This document shows positions 12,601 to 26,574 of a stretch of DNA of 64,000 nt, in pieces (positions within the stretch are counted from its first letter, which is position 1; each line of letters opens with the position of its first letter). The notes under the pieces were generated by a model. That model had not been told where the DNA came from and searched no databases. It saw only the letters and a program-made list of their open reading frames with translations. The position numbers were made by a program, and so were the translations under genes. Source of the stretch: Amphiscolops sp. MND2022 (lineage: Eukaryota); NCBI GenBank assembly GCA_964187785.1, contig OZ076409.1, positions 75,704,001 to 75,768,000 on the forward strand. The letters run 5' to 3'.

Positions 12601-14815
12601 TTTTAGTTTAAATCGGACTAAAACTTGACGAGAAATTAACGGTTTTTTGGGCGTTTCCGGGGTAAATTTTTTAACGGTCCAGCTTATCTTTGCCATTTTT
12701 TCGAAAATGTACATGCCTAAAGGCCTCCCCCTGGCCGAATTTACTCCCAGCAAACCCATTTGGCCCTAAATACGGAGTTTCAGCGTTCCAGCATTCCGGG
12801 GCGGAAAGTTGTGGGACTTGGAAAAATTTCAAAATTTTTTCAAAAATTTTTTTCCCGTTTTCCGGGCCCCCAATGAAGGGGAACGACCCCCCAACCAGTA
12901 TTTTGAGTGAATTCATGTGGAAAGCCCATGTTTGGAGGAGAAAAATGCCGTTTAGCACATCTTTTTATCTTAACTTGACATTGACTTATGACGTTTTGAA
13001 TGTGATGTTAGGATATATGAAGCATGTTAAAAGTTGAAGTTTTGAGTCTTTATCTCATCGGAAAACCATTGAGATACAAGCAGTTTTGCTAAAAACGATT
13101 TTCATTGTAGGTTAGCAGAGTATTAGTACACTTTGATGTCATTTGAGTATATTTTTCTTCTATATAATAACTGTTTTTATGTATTTATTCCAATTTATCT
13201 CATCTCATTTTAACATCAAGCAGTTGAGTACATTTCATCTCCCTTTCGGGGGAGATGAGAATGTACTCGCTAAAAACCTAATGCTATGGCGCCAATGTTT
13301 GGATGGGAAGTTTTCTATGCTTTGAAAAAAGTTATTTTTAATTACTTGATTTTTTAAAACAATAATTAACATGAAGTACATTACTTGCTCCTACTACTAC
13401 CACCATACATCTCTAACGTCAACGCCCCCTGCTTGCATCAACGCCCCATCGTCCGTGGGCATGCCGAGGCATGCCCTTCGACGACGTATGCCAAATGCCC
13501 AGTGCCACGCAGTCTTTCCCCGCTAGGTGCCGGGATTTCTATTCGATAAAGTATGTGGCGCGTGTGGGTAGGGTCCCTGGCGCGCTCTTGGGTATGGTGT
13601 TCACCAGCTAGGAAATAGGGGTCGATTTTTCGGGATCTCCTAAACTAGCCACACGATTTGGCTGAAATTTGGCACACGTACTCCCCTCGGCATGGTGAAG
13701 ATGATTTCCTACTGACGTTTTTCCCGCAAAATTTTTTTTGTTGTCCAAAATAACGGTTTTTGGGGTAAAATTTTGAATTTTTTTTAAATTTCATCTTATA
13801 TCTCGCCACGGGTTTACGCTAGCGCTTCAAAACCCTGCTAAAGAAAGCTTGCAAACTGTCTCAGGAAGGCGGTGTGAAATTTTCAGCTCAATCGGACTTA
13901 AACTCAGGGAGATATAGCGTTTTTCCGGAGCGGGGGGGTTTCATTTTTCTAACGGTCCAGCTTATCTTAGCCATTTTTTTGAAAATTTACTCGCCTAAAG
14001 ACCTCCCCTGGCCGGTTTTATTCCCAGCAAAACCATTTGGCCCTAAATACGGAGTTTCAGCGTTCCAGCATTCCCGGGCGAAAAGTTGTGGGACTTAGAA
14101 AATTTCAAAAATTTTCAAAAAGTTTTTTTTTCCGTTTTCGGCCCTCCCCCCCTAGGGGAAAAGACCCCCCAACCAGTAATTTGAGTGAATTCATGTGGAA
14201 AGGCCATGTTTAGAGGAGAAAAATCTCGTTTAAATCGTCTTTTTATCTTTATTCAACGTTGACTTATGACGTTTTGAAGGTGATGTTTGGAGGTGTGAAG
14301 CACGTGAAAAGTAAACGTTATGAGTATTTATCTGATCTGAAAGCCATTGAGATGCAACCTGTTTTGCTCAAAACGTAATTCACATCAGTTTGGTAGTCAA
14401 TCAACACCCTTTGTTGTCATTTGACATCTTTTTTTTGTTGATATAAGAAAAAATTTCGTGTATTTATTCATTTTTTTCTCATCAAATAACTTGAAACATT
14501 TGAGTACATTCCATCCCCCCTTCACGGGGGAGATGAGAATGTACTCGCAAAAAGCCCCGAACTACGGCCCTTACCTTCCTGAGCTACGCAGTATAAAGAT
14601 TGCATATTGGTTCCGACATTTTGATAGAGTTATATCTTGGTAATCTGTCTGAGTATGCAGAAAAACCAGCACGTGCTTTTTTATACCAAGTTGCTCACAA
14701 CGACATTTATTTTATATCAACGCCCCCATATTTATCAACGCCCCCCGTCCGTGGGCATGCCGAGGCATGCCCTTCGACGACGTATACCAAGATATGTTCG
14801 AGCGCGTTAGCCTAG

Positions 14816-15857
14816 GTGCCGGGATTTCTATTCGATAAAGTATGTGGCGCGTGTGGGTAGGGTCCCTGGCGCGCTCTTGGGTATGGTGTTCACCAGCTAG
14901 GAAATAGGGGTCGATTTTTCGGGATCTCCTAAACTAGCCACACGATTTGGCTGAAATTTGGCACACGTACTCCCCTCGGCACGGTGAAGATGAAGAAGAT
15001 CCAGCTTATCTTAGCCATTTTTTCGAAAATGTACTCGCCTAAAGACCTCCCCTGGCCGGTTTTATTCCCAGCAAAACCATTTGGCCCTAAATACGGAGTT
15101 TCAGCGTTCCAGCATTCCCGGGCGAAAAGTTGTGGGACTTAGAAAATTTCAAAAATTTTCAAAAATTTTTTTTCGGTTTTCCGCCCTCCCCCCCGAGGGG
15201 AAAAGACCCCCAACCAGTAATTTGAGTGAATTCATGTGGAAAGGCCTTGTTTAGAGGAGAAAAATCCCGTTTATATCGTCTTTTTATCTTTATTCAACGT
15301 TGACTTATGACGTTTTGAAGGTGATGTTTGGAGGTGTGAAGCACGTGAATAGTAAACGTTATGAGTATTTATCTGATCTGAAAGCCATTGAGATGCAATA
15401 TGGTTTGCTCAAAACGTAATTCATGGCAGTTTGGCAATCAATCAACACCCTTTGTTGTCAATTGACATCTTTTTTTGTTGATATAAGAAAAAATTTTGTG
15501 TATTTATTCATTTTTTTCTCATCAAATAACTTGAAACAGTTGAGTACATTCCATCCCCCCCTTCACGGGGGAGATGAGAATGTACTCGCAAAAAGCCCCG
15601 AACTACGGCCCTTACCTTCCTGAGCTACGCAGTATAAAGATTGCATATTGGTTCCGACATTTTCATAGAGTTAAATCTTGGTAATCTGTCTGGATATGCA
15701 GAAAAACCAGCACGTGCTTTTTTATACCAAGTTGCTTACAACGACAATTATTTTATATCAACGCCCCCATATTTATCAACGCCCCCCGTCCGTGGGCATG
15801 CCGAGGCATGCCCTTCGACGACGTATACCAAGATATACATCGAGCGCGTTAGCCTAG
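14816..15857 (+). mobile_element. 1.3 kb-family unit with an internal ~250 bp deletion
   Basis: It is 1042 bp versus 1289 bp for sister units. The breakpoint ...GGTGAAGATGA-AGAAGA-TCCAGCTTATC lies at about 14993-15000. Confidence 0.9.
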
Positions 15858-18800
15858 GTGCCGGGATTTCTATTCGATAAAGTATGTGGCGCGTGTGGGT
15901 AGGGTCCCTGGCGCGCTCTTGGGTATGGTGTTCACCAGCTAGGAAATAGGGGTCGATTTTTCGGGATCTCCTAAACTAGCCACACGATTTGGCTGAAATT
16001 TGGCACACGTACTCCCCTCGGCATGGTGAAGATGATTTCCTACTAGCGTTTTGCTCGCAAAATTTTTTTTGTTGTCCAAAATAACGGTTTTAGGGGTAAA
16101 ATTTTGAATTTTTTTTAAATTTTATCTTATATCTCGCCACGGGTTTACGCTAGCCGCGCCGCACCTTGCTAAGCTTATTTTGCAAACTGTCTCAGGAATG
16201 CTGTGTGAAATTTTCAGCTCAATCGGATTTAAACTCAGGGAGATATAGCGTTTTTCCGGAGCGGGGGGGTTTCATTTTTCTAACGGTCCAGCTTATCTTA
16301 GCCATTTTTTCGAAAATGTACTCGCCTAAAGACCTCCCCTGGCCGGTTTTATTCCCAGCAAAACCATTTGGCCCTAAATACGGAGTTTCAGCGTTCCAGC
16401 ATTCCCGGGCGAAAAGTTGTGGGACTTAGAAAAGTTCAAAAATTTTCAAAAAAATTTTTTTTCCGTTTTCTGCCCTCCCCCCCTAGGGGAAAAGACCCCC
16501 CAACCAGTAATTTGAGTGAATTCATGTGGAAAGGCCATGTTTAGAGGAGAAAAATCCCGTTTAGATCGTCTTTTTATCTTTATTCAACGTTGACTTATGA
16601 CGTTTTGAAGGTGATGTTTGGAGGTGTGAAGCACGTGAAAAGTAAACGTTATGAGTATTTATCTGATCTGAAAGCCATTGAGATGCAACCTGTTTTGCTC
16701 AAAACGTAATTCATATCAGTTTGGTAGTCAATCAACACCCTTTGTTGTCATTTGACATCTTTTTTTGTTGATATAAGAAAAAATTTCGTGTATTTATTCA
16801 TTTTTTTCTCATCAAATAACTTGAAACAGTTGAGTACATTCCATCCCCCCTTCACGGGGGAGATGAGAATGTACTCGCAAAAAGCCCCGAACTACGGCCC
16901 TTACCTTCCTGAGCTACGCAGTATAAAGATTGCATATTGGTTCCGACATTTTGATAGAGTTATATCTTGGTAATCTGTCTGGGTATGCAGAAAAACAAGC
17001 ACGTGCTTTTTTATACCAAGTTGCTCACAACGACATTTATTTTATATCAACGCCCCCATATTTATCAACGCCCACCGTCCGTGGGCATGCCGAGGCATGC
17101 CCTTCGACGACGTATACCAAGATATACCTTGAGCGCGTTAGCCTAGGTGCCCGGATTTCTATTCATTAAAGTATGTTGCGCGTGTGGGTAGGGCCCCGTG
17201 GCGCGCTCTTGTGTCCCTGTTTTAAAATCTGCAATTTCCGGCTGCTTTCGGAGCGATTTTCTAAACTATCCATACGATTCGGCTGAAATTTGGCATGTGA
17301 GTTCCTATGACAGTTCTAAGAAACATTTCCTACTGGCGTTTTGCCCGGAAAATTTTTTTTGTTGACTTATAACGGTTTTTTTGGCCAAAAAATGCAATTT
17401 TTTCAAAAAATTTTTTTTTCGGAGCCCATATCTTTTTTCAGGGTGCCCGGAGCGGGACGCGTTAAACTGATAATAAACTCTACGGTTCATGGGCTTTACG
17501 GAGAACCTAGGCTCGTTTCGATCGGACAAATAGTCTTGGAGATATAACGGCATTTTTTGGGAATTTTTTGGAAATTTTTGTAACGGTCCAGCTTATCTTT
17601 GCCATTTTTTCGAAAATGTACTCGCCTAAAGGCCTCCCCTGGCCGGTTTTATTCCCAGCAAATCCATTTGGCCCTAAATACGGAGTTTCAGCGTTCCAGC
17701 ATTCCCGGGCGAAAAGTTGTGGGACTTAGAAAAATTTCAAAATTTTTCAAAATATTTTTTTCCGTTTTCCGCCCTCCCCCCCGAGGGGAAAAGACCCCCC
17801 AACCAGTAATTTGAGTGAATTCATGTGAAAAGGCCATGTTTAGAGGAGAAAAATGCCGTTTAGATCGTCTTTTTATTTTAACCTGTCGTTGACTTATGTT
17901 GTTTTGAAGGTGATGTTTGGATGTGTGAAGCATGTGAAAAAGTAATTTATTGTGTCTTTAGCTCTTCTAAAAGCCATTGAGATACAAGGTGTAGCACTCA
18001 GAACGTGTTTAATTCTAATTTAGCAATGCATCAACACTTTTTTGTGTCTTTTGACTCTGTTTTAAAAAATTTTTCCGACTAAAATCAAAAAATATTTATA
18101 TTTATTCACATTTTTTTTCTGATCTCATGACTCGAAACAGTTGAGTACATTCCATCTCCCTTCACGGGGGAGATGAGAATGTACTCTTTAGAGACCAGGT
18201 ACTACATTACTTACCTTCCCCGAGCAACGCCCCATAAAAATTGCGTTTTGATCCAGATATTTTGACATAATTTTATCTTTGTAATTTGACTGGAAATGAA
18301 GAAAATGCCGCACGTGCTCTTTTATATCAAGTATCTTAACAACGCCATCTCTTTTACGTCAACGCCCCATAGTTCACATCAACGCCCACCGTCCGTGGGC
18401 ATGCCGAGGCATGCCCTTCGACGACGTATACCAAGATATACTCCCGAGCGCGGTAGCCGCTAGGTGCCGGGATTTCTATTCGATAAAGTAAGTTGCGCGG
18501 TTGGGTAGGGCCCCGTGAGCGCGCCCGTGTCTGTGTTTTTTGAACCTGAATTTGCGGGTGCCAAAATAGACGATCTCCTAAACTATCCATACGATTTTGC
18601 TCAAATTTGGCATACGGGTTCCTGAGACAGATATAAGAACTAATTCCTACTGGCGTTTTGCCCGGAAAATTTTTTTTGTTGCGCAAACTTGAAATTTTTG
18701 ACAAAAAAATGCGATTTTTTTTGAAAAATTTTTTTTGAGAGGCCATATCTTTTTTCAGGGTGCCCGGAGCGGGACGCGTTAAACTGATTATAAACTCTAC

Positions 18801-19732
18801 GGTTCATGGGCTTTACAGAGAACCTAGGCTCGTTTCGCTCGGACAAATAGTCTTGGAGATATAACGGTATTTTTCGGGAATTTTTTGAAAATTTTTCTAA
18901 CGGTCCAGCTTATCTTTGCCATTTTTTCGAAAATGTACTCGCCTAAAGGCCTCCTCTGGCCGGTTTTATTCCCAGCAAAACCATTTGGCCCTAAATACGA
19001 AGTTTCAGCGTTCTAGCATTCTCGGGCGAAAAGTTGTGGGACTTAGAAAATTTTTTTTTAAAACGCAAAATGTGTAAAGTCAACTTCAGGCCTCCCAAAG
19101 TCAAGGAACTTCCACACAACTAGGATTGCAAGTGGATGCATGTGGAAAGTGCTTGAATAGACGAGGAAAATGAGCTATTATAAAACTCTGTAGCTTAACC
19201 TGACGTTGACTTATGACAATTTTAGTGTGAGCTTGCTATGTGAGAAAAAATTTCAAAAATTGAAAATCGAAGCTAAGTCTCATCCAAAACTCATCGGAAT
19301 ACGTTCAATCCATTCCAAAGCGGTTTACTTCCAGCTATAGACTGCAGCAACACTATTCAAGACCATTGTACCCCTTTATATTAGTTTTGACATTGTATTA
19401 TTCATCCGAGAGCACAAAGCAGTTGAGTACATTCCATCTCCCTTTCGGGGGAGATGAGAATGTACTCGCTAAAGAACAGGTACTACAGCCAATTTTTGTA
19501 TTTATGCGAAGCCATTCTATGCTATTGCACATAACAACTATGCTATTGACTTAATTTTGCCTACACTTTGCTATGACATATGCTAAACGTTTGGTCCTTA
19601 CAACAACATACACATGACTAACGTCAACACCACATACTGTTACCAACGCCCACCGTCCGTGGGCATGCCGAGGCATGCCCTTCGACGACGTATGCCAAAC
19701 ACCTTCCAGCGACGCTCGCGCTCCCCGGCTAG

Positions 19733-21124
19733 GTGGTCGGGGCGGTCCCCAGAACGCACATGGAGGCGCGGGGAGGGTCCTGCGCCGACGTAGAATAATT
19801 TCATAAAATACTATTATCCTACATGGGTGTTTTGGAAGCGATTTTGGAACCTACCCGTCAGATTTGGATAATTTTTTGCATGCAGCCATAACTCGAAATT
19901 CTAAGAACTTTTTCTTTCTGTCATTTTCCCCGCAAATTGTTTTTTGTTGACTTATGGCCGAAAAACCGGAAATAACGTCCTTTTTAGACGTTATATCCGA
20001 AGTGTCGTCATAACTTTTTTCCAGGGCATGCTAGCGTTCTCCTTCACTTTTACACTTTGTTTTAGCATCTCAAAATACAACTGGTGGAAAATTTTGGTTG
20101 CATTCGGATCACCCCCCACCGAGATAGAAGGGTTCCCCCCTCCAGTTTTACCCCCCAAAATTGAGAAAATACCAATTTTGAGCATGAAGCCGTGGATTTA
20201 GCGAATCCTCACCCCCCTGATGTTTTGTCGGACATGTTAGGGTCAATCTGGTGACATGTGTTGTTTTCACCCCCAACCCCCCCCTGGGACCGGAAATGAC
20301 ACTTTTTTGTGTTTTTTGACAAAAATGAGCCTTTTTGATTAGTAGGGAGTCGTTTTTGGGCCTCCTAGCAGGATATCGAAGTTGAAATACAACTTGATCA
20401 CAACCCAGTGACAACATGTTGGCCAGTTGCAGGTACCATCATGACCGGAAGTGGGGTCAAACCCCCCTTTTTGTGACCGCTTTTTGACCTTGTGCACCAA
20501 AATGCCAACAACTTGAGGCCTAATGACGCATTCAAATCTGTACAAAGATAGAACGTTAGACAACGGAAGTCCCGCAAGCTCTTTAGCATATACCGGACGT
20601 CACCCCCCATGACCGGAAGTTGTCCAATATGACCGGAAATGGTCCAAAAATTCTTGTAAAATTAACTTTTTCACTTATTGAAGACCACTTCGTTGAACAT
20701 TTTCAATCCCAAAACTAGCGTACTAGCTGGTGGCGTTGAATTTATGGAAATTGAGGAGCTTTATCACCCCCGATAGCCTTCGAAGTTGACCTTGCGTCAA
20801 CTTTGGAGGCTATCGATTCTGAAATGAACAACAAAGTACTTTGTTGCTCTCGTTTTTTTTTTCCGTTTTTTTCCTCAAATATTGTTGAGACATACACATG
20901 GCCGTTAGTTAAAATCAATATTTTAGCCCATGTTATAGCGTGAGTAGCGAAGCGTTACACAGGCTGGTGTGGTTTTGAACTGTAATTATTTTAAAATAAA
21001 AAAAGACCCTCTTAGTCAACTCCACACATTCATACCAACGCCCACCGTCTGTGGGCATGCCGAGGCATGCCCTTCGACGACGTATGACGAATCCATTCCA
21101 ACGACACCCGCAGTCCTCAGCTAG
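19733..21124 (+). mobile_element. 1392 bp cassette of a different family embedded in the 1.3 kb block
   Basis: It lacks the central block and the GAGTACATT hairpin. It has a CGATAGCCTT...GGCTATCG palindrome (20771-20815) and several GACCGGAA(G/A)T motifs. It keeps the same GTG start, the GGGGAGGGTCC motif and the GGGCATGCC/CTAG end. Confidence 0.85.
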
Positions 21125-24100
21125 GTGGCCGGAAATTTTTTTTTTCATCAAAATCTTTGCCATTGGGGGAGGGGCCCCGGATGGCCAGTAGTACGGGATA
21201 GCTTCCTACCAAATCCAGGCGGAAAAAACGTGATTTTGGAAACTAGCCGTCAGAATTTGCTCAAATTTTGCATACGGCTTCCTATAACAATCCTAAGAAC
21301 TAATCCCTACTGGCATTTTGCCCAAAAAACGCAAAAAGTTGGTCAAAATCTTAGTTTTTTGGTCAAAAAATGGCAATTTTTCGAAAAAAATTTTTTTCAG
21401 AGACAATTACTCGTAACTGGTTCACCCAGCGCAAAAACGCCTAGCTGATTTATTGTTGGGCACTTCATGAAGAGTGCGTATACAAATTTTCGTCCAGATC
21501 GGAAAAAAATTGACTAAGTATTAGCCGGAATTCGGACGCATTTTTTCGCAAATTTTTGAAAACCTAGTCTATCTCTGCCGTTTTTTGCCCAGATTTTTTT
21601 CCAGGTCCTCTCCTAAAGGCCTCCCCTGGCCGGTTTACTTCCCAGAAAAACCATTTGGCCCTAAATACGGAGTTTCAGCGTTCTAGCATTCCCGGGCGAA
21701 AAGATGTGGGACTTAGAAAAAATTCAAAATTTTTCAAAAATTTTTTTTTTCGTTTTCCGGCCCCCCAATGAAGGGGAACGACCCCCCAACGAGGATTTTT
21801 GGTGAATTCACGTGGAAAGGCCTTGTTTTTTGGAGCAAATTGCCGTTTAGAGCGACTTTTTATCTTAACTTGACGTTGACCTCTGTCGTTTTGAATTTGA
21901 TATTAGTATGTGTTGAGCATGTGAAAAGTTGATGATTTCAGTTGTTCTCTCGTGTTCAAGCCATTGAGATACAAGCGGTAGTGATCAAAATGTGATTTAT
22001 CGCAATTTGGTGGTGCTTTTGGTGTATTTTGATTCTTTTAAATAAAAAGTTGTTCTTTATATATTTGGTGTATTGATTCAAATGAACAAGAAACAGTTGA
22101 GTACATTTCATCTCCCCCCTTGTGGGGGAGATGAGGATGTACCCGCTAAATGACACGCACAATGGCCCAATTTTATTTTTATGCGACGTTCTCTAGGCTT
22201 TTGCGCAAGCCCACTAAAATTTAGACTGGTTTCCTTTTCTTTTACTCCAAAATTTTCCGTACTAACCACCTTACGCACCACCAGCTCAACGTAACATCTG
22301 TAACGTCAACGCCACACACTCTCACTAACGCCCACCGTCTGTGGGCATGCCGAGGCATGCCCTTCGACGACGTATGCCAAATAGCGCCACAGGGCGCCCA
22401 ATTTTGTCTAGGTGGCCGTGTCTTTTCGACGTGCTTTTGCATCGAGGAGTGGGTAGGGCCCCGCGACGACCTAGAAGAATTGGATGCTCACCGAAACGTG
22501 CAGAATTCTACGAGATCTCATAGTTTGAGCCATACGATTTTGCTGAAATTTGGCATGTGGCCTGGAATTGGTGAGTAGGTAAAACGTGTAGAAGGTAATT
22601 TTTCCCAAATTTCACTGTGAGACGAGATATGGGCAAATAACGGTCCCAAAAATGGCAAAAATGCACTTTTTTCAAGTTTGTCAGCCCATATCTCGTTCCC
22701 AGGTGCCCGGAGCGGGACGCGTTAAGCTGATTATAAACTCTAGGGTGTTGAGGCTGTACGGGGAAGTCAGGCCCGTTCCGATCGGACTTGTAGTCTTGGA
22801 GAAATAACGGTATTTTTGGGGAACCTTTTCTAACGGTCCAGCTTATCTTTGCCATTTTTTCGAAAATGTACTCGCCTAAAGGCCTTCCCCTGGCCGAATT
22901 TACTCCCAGCAAAACCATTTGGCCCTAAATACGGAGTTTCAGCGTTCCAGCATTCCCGGGCGAAAAGCTGTGGGACTTGGAAAATTTTCAAAAATTTTCA
23001 AAAAATTTTTTTTTCGTTTTCCGGGCCCCCAATGAAGGGGAAACGACCCCCCAACCAGTATTTTGAGTGAATTCATGTGGAAAGCCCTTGTTTTGACGAG
23101 AAAAATACCGTTTAGAACATCTTTTTATCTTGAGTCAACGTTGACTTATGACGTTTTGAATGTGATGTAAGGATGTAGGAGGCATGTGATAAGTTGATGT
23201 TTTGAGTCTTTATCTCATATGAAAGCGGTTGAGATGCAAGCTGTCCTGCTCAAAACGTCTTTCGTTGTAATTTTCCAGTGCACCAATACCCTTTGGTGTC
23301 ATATAAACATACTTTTCGTCGATATATTAACAATTTTAATGTATTTATTCCCATTTTTATTATCTTATAACTCAAAACAGTTGAGTACATTTCATCTCCC
23401 TTTCGGGGGAGATGAGAATGTACTCGCTAAAGACCTAGCGCCATGACCAAAAGTTTGAAACCCACGTTTTTTATCTTCTTACAGACTTGTTTTTGTATTT
23501 TTTCGGAATTTTTTAAAAATTAATATACTTGAAATACATTACTTGACTTTACTACTACAATCCACCTCCAACGTCAACGCCCCCCTGCTTGCATCAACGC
23601 CCACCGTCCGTGGGCATGCCGAGGCATGCCCTTCGACGACGTATGCCAAATGCCCAGTGCCACGCAGTCATTATCGCTAGGTGCCGGTGTTTTTTTACAC
23701 AATGGGGGATGTTGCGCGGTTGGGGAGGGTCCCTGACGCGCTTCCGTGGTATCGGGTCTTTCAACCGATGAAAACGACATAAAAAATTGGGATCTCGTAA
23801 ACTAGCCATACGATTTGGCTGAAATTTGTCACACGTACCCCCCTCGGCACGGTGAAGATGATTCCCTACTGACGTTTTTCCCGCTAAACATTTTTTGTTG
23901 ACCAAAATAACGGTTTTTGGGGTAAAATTTTCAACTTTTTTTTAAACTTCATCTTATATCTCGCCACGGGTACACGCTAGCGCTTCCAAACCTTGCTGAC
24001 GAAAGTTTGCAAACTGTCTCAGGAATGCGGTGTGAAATTTTCAGCTCAATCGGACTTAAACTCGAGGAGATATAGCGTTTTTCCGGAGCGGGGGGGTTTC

Positions 24101-26260
24101 ATTTTTCTAACGGTCCAGCTTATCTTTGCCATTTTTTCGAAAATGCACTCGCCTAAAGGCCTCCCCTGGCCGGTTTTAATCCCAGCAAAACCATTTGGCC
24201 CTAAATACGGAGTTTCAGCGTTCCAGCATTCCCGGGCGAAAAGTTGTGGGACTTAGAAAAATTTCAAAATTTTTCAAAAATTTTTTTCCGTTTTCCGCCC
24301 TCCCCCCCGAGGGGAAAAGACCCCCCAACCAGTAATTTGAGTGAATTCATGTGGAAAGGCCATGTTTAGAGAAGAAAAATGCCGTTTAGATTGTCTTTTT
24401 ATTTTAACCTGTCGTTGACTTATGTTGTTTTGAAGGTGATGTTTGGATGTGTGAAGCATGTGAAAAGGTAATTTATTGTGTCTTTAGCTCTTCTAAAAGT
24501 CATTGAGATACACGGTGTGTGACTCAGAACGTGTTTAATTCTAATTTAGCAATGCATCAACACTTTTTTGTGTCTTTTGACTCTGTTTTAAAAAAATTTT
24601 CCGACTAAAATCAAAAATTATTTATAATTATTCACATTTTTTTTCTGATCTCATGACTCGAAACAGTTGAGTACATTCCATCTCCCTTCACGGGGGAGAT
24701 GAGAATGTACTCTTTAGAGACCAGGTACTACAGTACTTACCTTCCCCGAGCAACGCCCCATAAAAATTGCGTTTTGATCCAGATATTTTGACATAATTTT
24801 ATCTTTGTAATTTGACTGGAAATGAAGAAAATGCCGCACGTGCTCTTTTATATCAAGTATCTTAACAACGCCATCTCTTTTACGTCAACGCCCCATAGTT
24901 CACATCAACGCCCACCGTCCGTGGGCATGCCGAGGCATGCCCTTCGACGACGTATACCAAAATATGCTCCCGAGCGCGGTAGCCGCTAGGTGCCGGGATT
25001 TCTATTCGATAAAGTATGTGGCGCGCCTTGGGTAGGGTCCCTTGCGCGCTCTTGGGTATGGTGTTCACCAGCTAGGAAACAGGGGTCGATTTTTCGGGAT
25101 CTCGTAAACTAGCCACACGATTTGGCTGAAATTTGGCACACGTACTCCCCTCGGCACGGTGAAGATGATTTCCTACTGACGTTTTTCCCGCAAAATTTTT
25201 TTTGTTGTCCAAAATAACGGTTTTTGGGGTAAAATTTTGATTTTTTTTTAAATTTTATCTTATATCTCGCCACCGGTTTACGCTAGCGCTTCAAAACCCT
25301 GCTAAAGAAAGCTTGCAAACTGTCTCAGGAATGCGGTGTGAAATTTTCAGCTCAATCGGACTTAAACTCAGAAAGATATAGAGTTTTTCCGGAGCGGGGG
25401 GGGTTTCATTTTTCTAACGGTCCAGCTTATCTTTGCCATTTTTTCGAAAATGCACTCGCCTAAAGGCCTCCCCTGGCCGGTTTTATTCCCAGCAAAACCA
25501 TTTGGCCCTAAATACGGAGTTTCAGCGTTCCAGCATTCCCGGGCGAAAAGTTGTGGGACTTAGAATATTTCAAAAATTTTCAAAAAAAATTTTTCCGTTA
25601 TTTGGGCCCCCAAAGTGGGGCAAAAGACCCCCCAACCAGTAAAGCAAGTGAATGCATGTGGAAAGCCCTTGTTTAGACGAGAAAAATGGCGTTTAGAACG
25701 TTTTTTTATCGTAACTTGACATTGACTTTTGTCGTTTTGAAGGTGACCGTTAGATACGGAAAATTGATGTTTTGAGTGTTTATCCCATCTGAAAGCCATT
25801 GAGATACAACATGTTTTGCTCAAAACGTGTTTCATTGCAGTTTCGCTGTCCATTAACACCCTTTGGTGTCTTTTGACGTAATTTTCTTTTCTATAATAAC
25901 AATTTCTTTGTGTATTTATTCATTTTTTTCTCATCAAAAAACTCGAAACAGTTGAGTACATTCCATCTCCCTTCCCGGGGGAGATGAGAATGTACTCGCT
26001 AAAGGTCAGGAACTACGGTCTATATCTTCCACAACACAAAAGAGATTGCAAATTGTTTCAGTTTGTCGCAGAAAACTTCTTTTTGCACTCTGTGACTCGA
26101 CAAAGTGAACGTTTCTTACTTACTTTGAATCTCACCATACCACAACTCATCTCTAACGTCAACGCCCCCCACACACATCAACGCCCCCCGTCCGTGGGCA
26201 TGCCGAGGCATGCCCTTCGACGACGTATAGCAAAATATATTCGAACGCGGTAGCGGCTAG

Positions 26261-26574
26261 GTGCCGGTGTATTTTTACACAATGGGGGATGTTGCGCGTG
26301 TGGGGAGGGTCCCTGACGCGCTTCCGTGGTTTCGGGTCTTCTAACCTATGATAGCGTGACACCTGACTTCGATCTCGTAAACTAGCCGTACGATTTGGCT
26401 GAAATTTGGCACACGTACCCCCCTCGGCACGGTGAAGATGATTTCCTACTGACGTTTTTCCCGCTAAACATTTTTTGTTGACCAAAATAACGGTTTTTGG
26501 GGTAAAATTTTCAACTTTTTTTAAATTTCATCTTATATCTCGCCACGGGTTCACGCTAGCGCTTCCAAACCTTG
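26261..26574 (+). mobile_element. 3'-truncated unit (314 bp) ending at a cryptic CTTG and fused to the exact start of the next unit
   Basis: Intact sisters read CCAAACCTTG-CTGACGAAAG (about 6147, 23986, 32051). This copy reads CCAAACCTTG-GTGCCCGGATTTCTATTC, which is the start sequence seen at 17147 and 34311. Confidence 0.9.
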
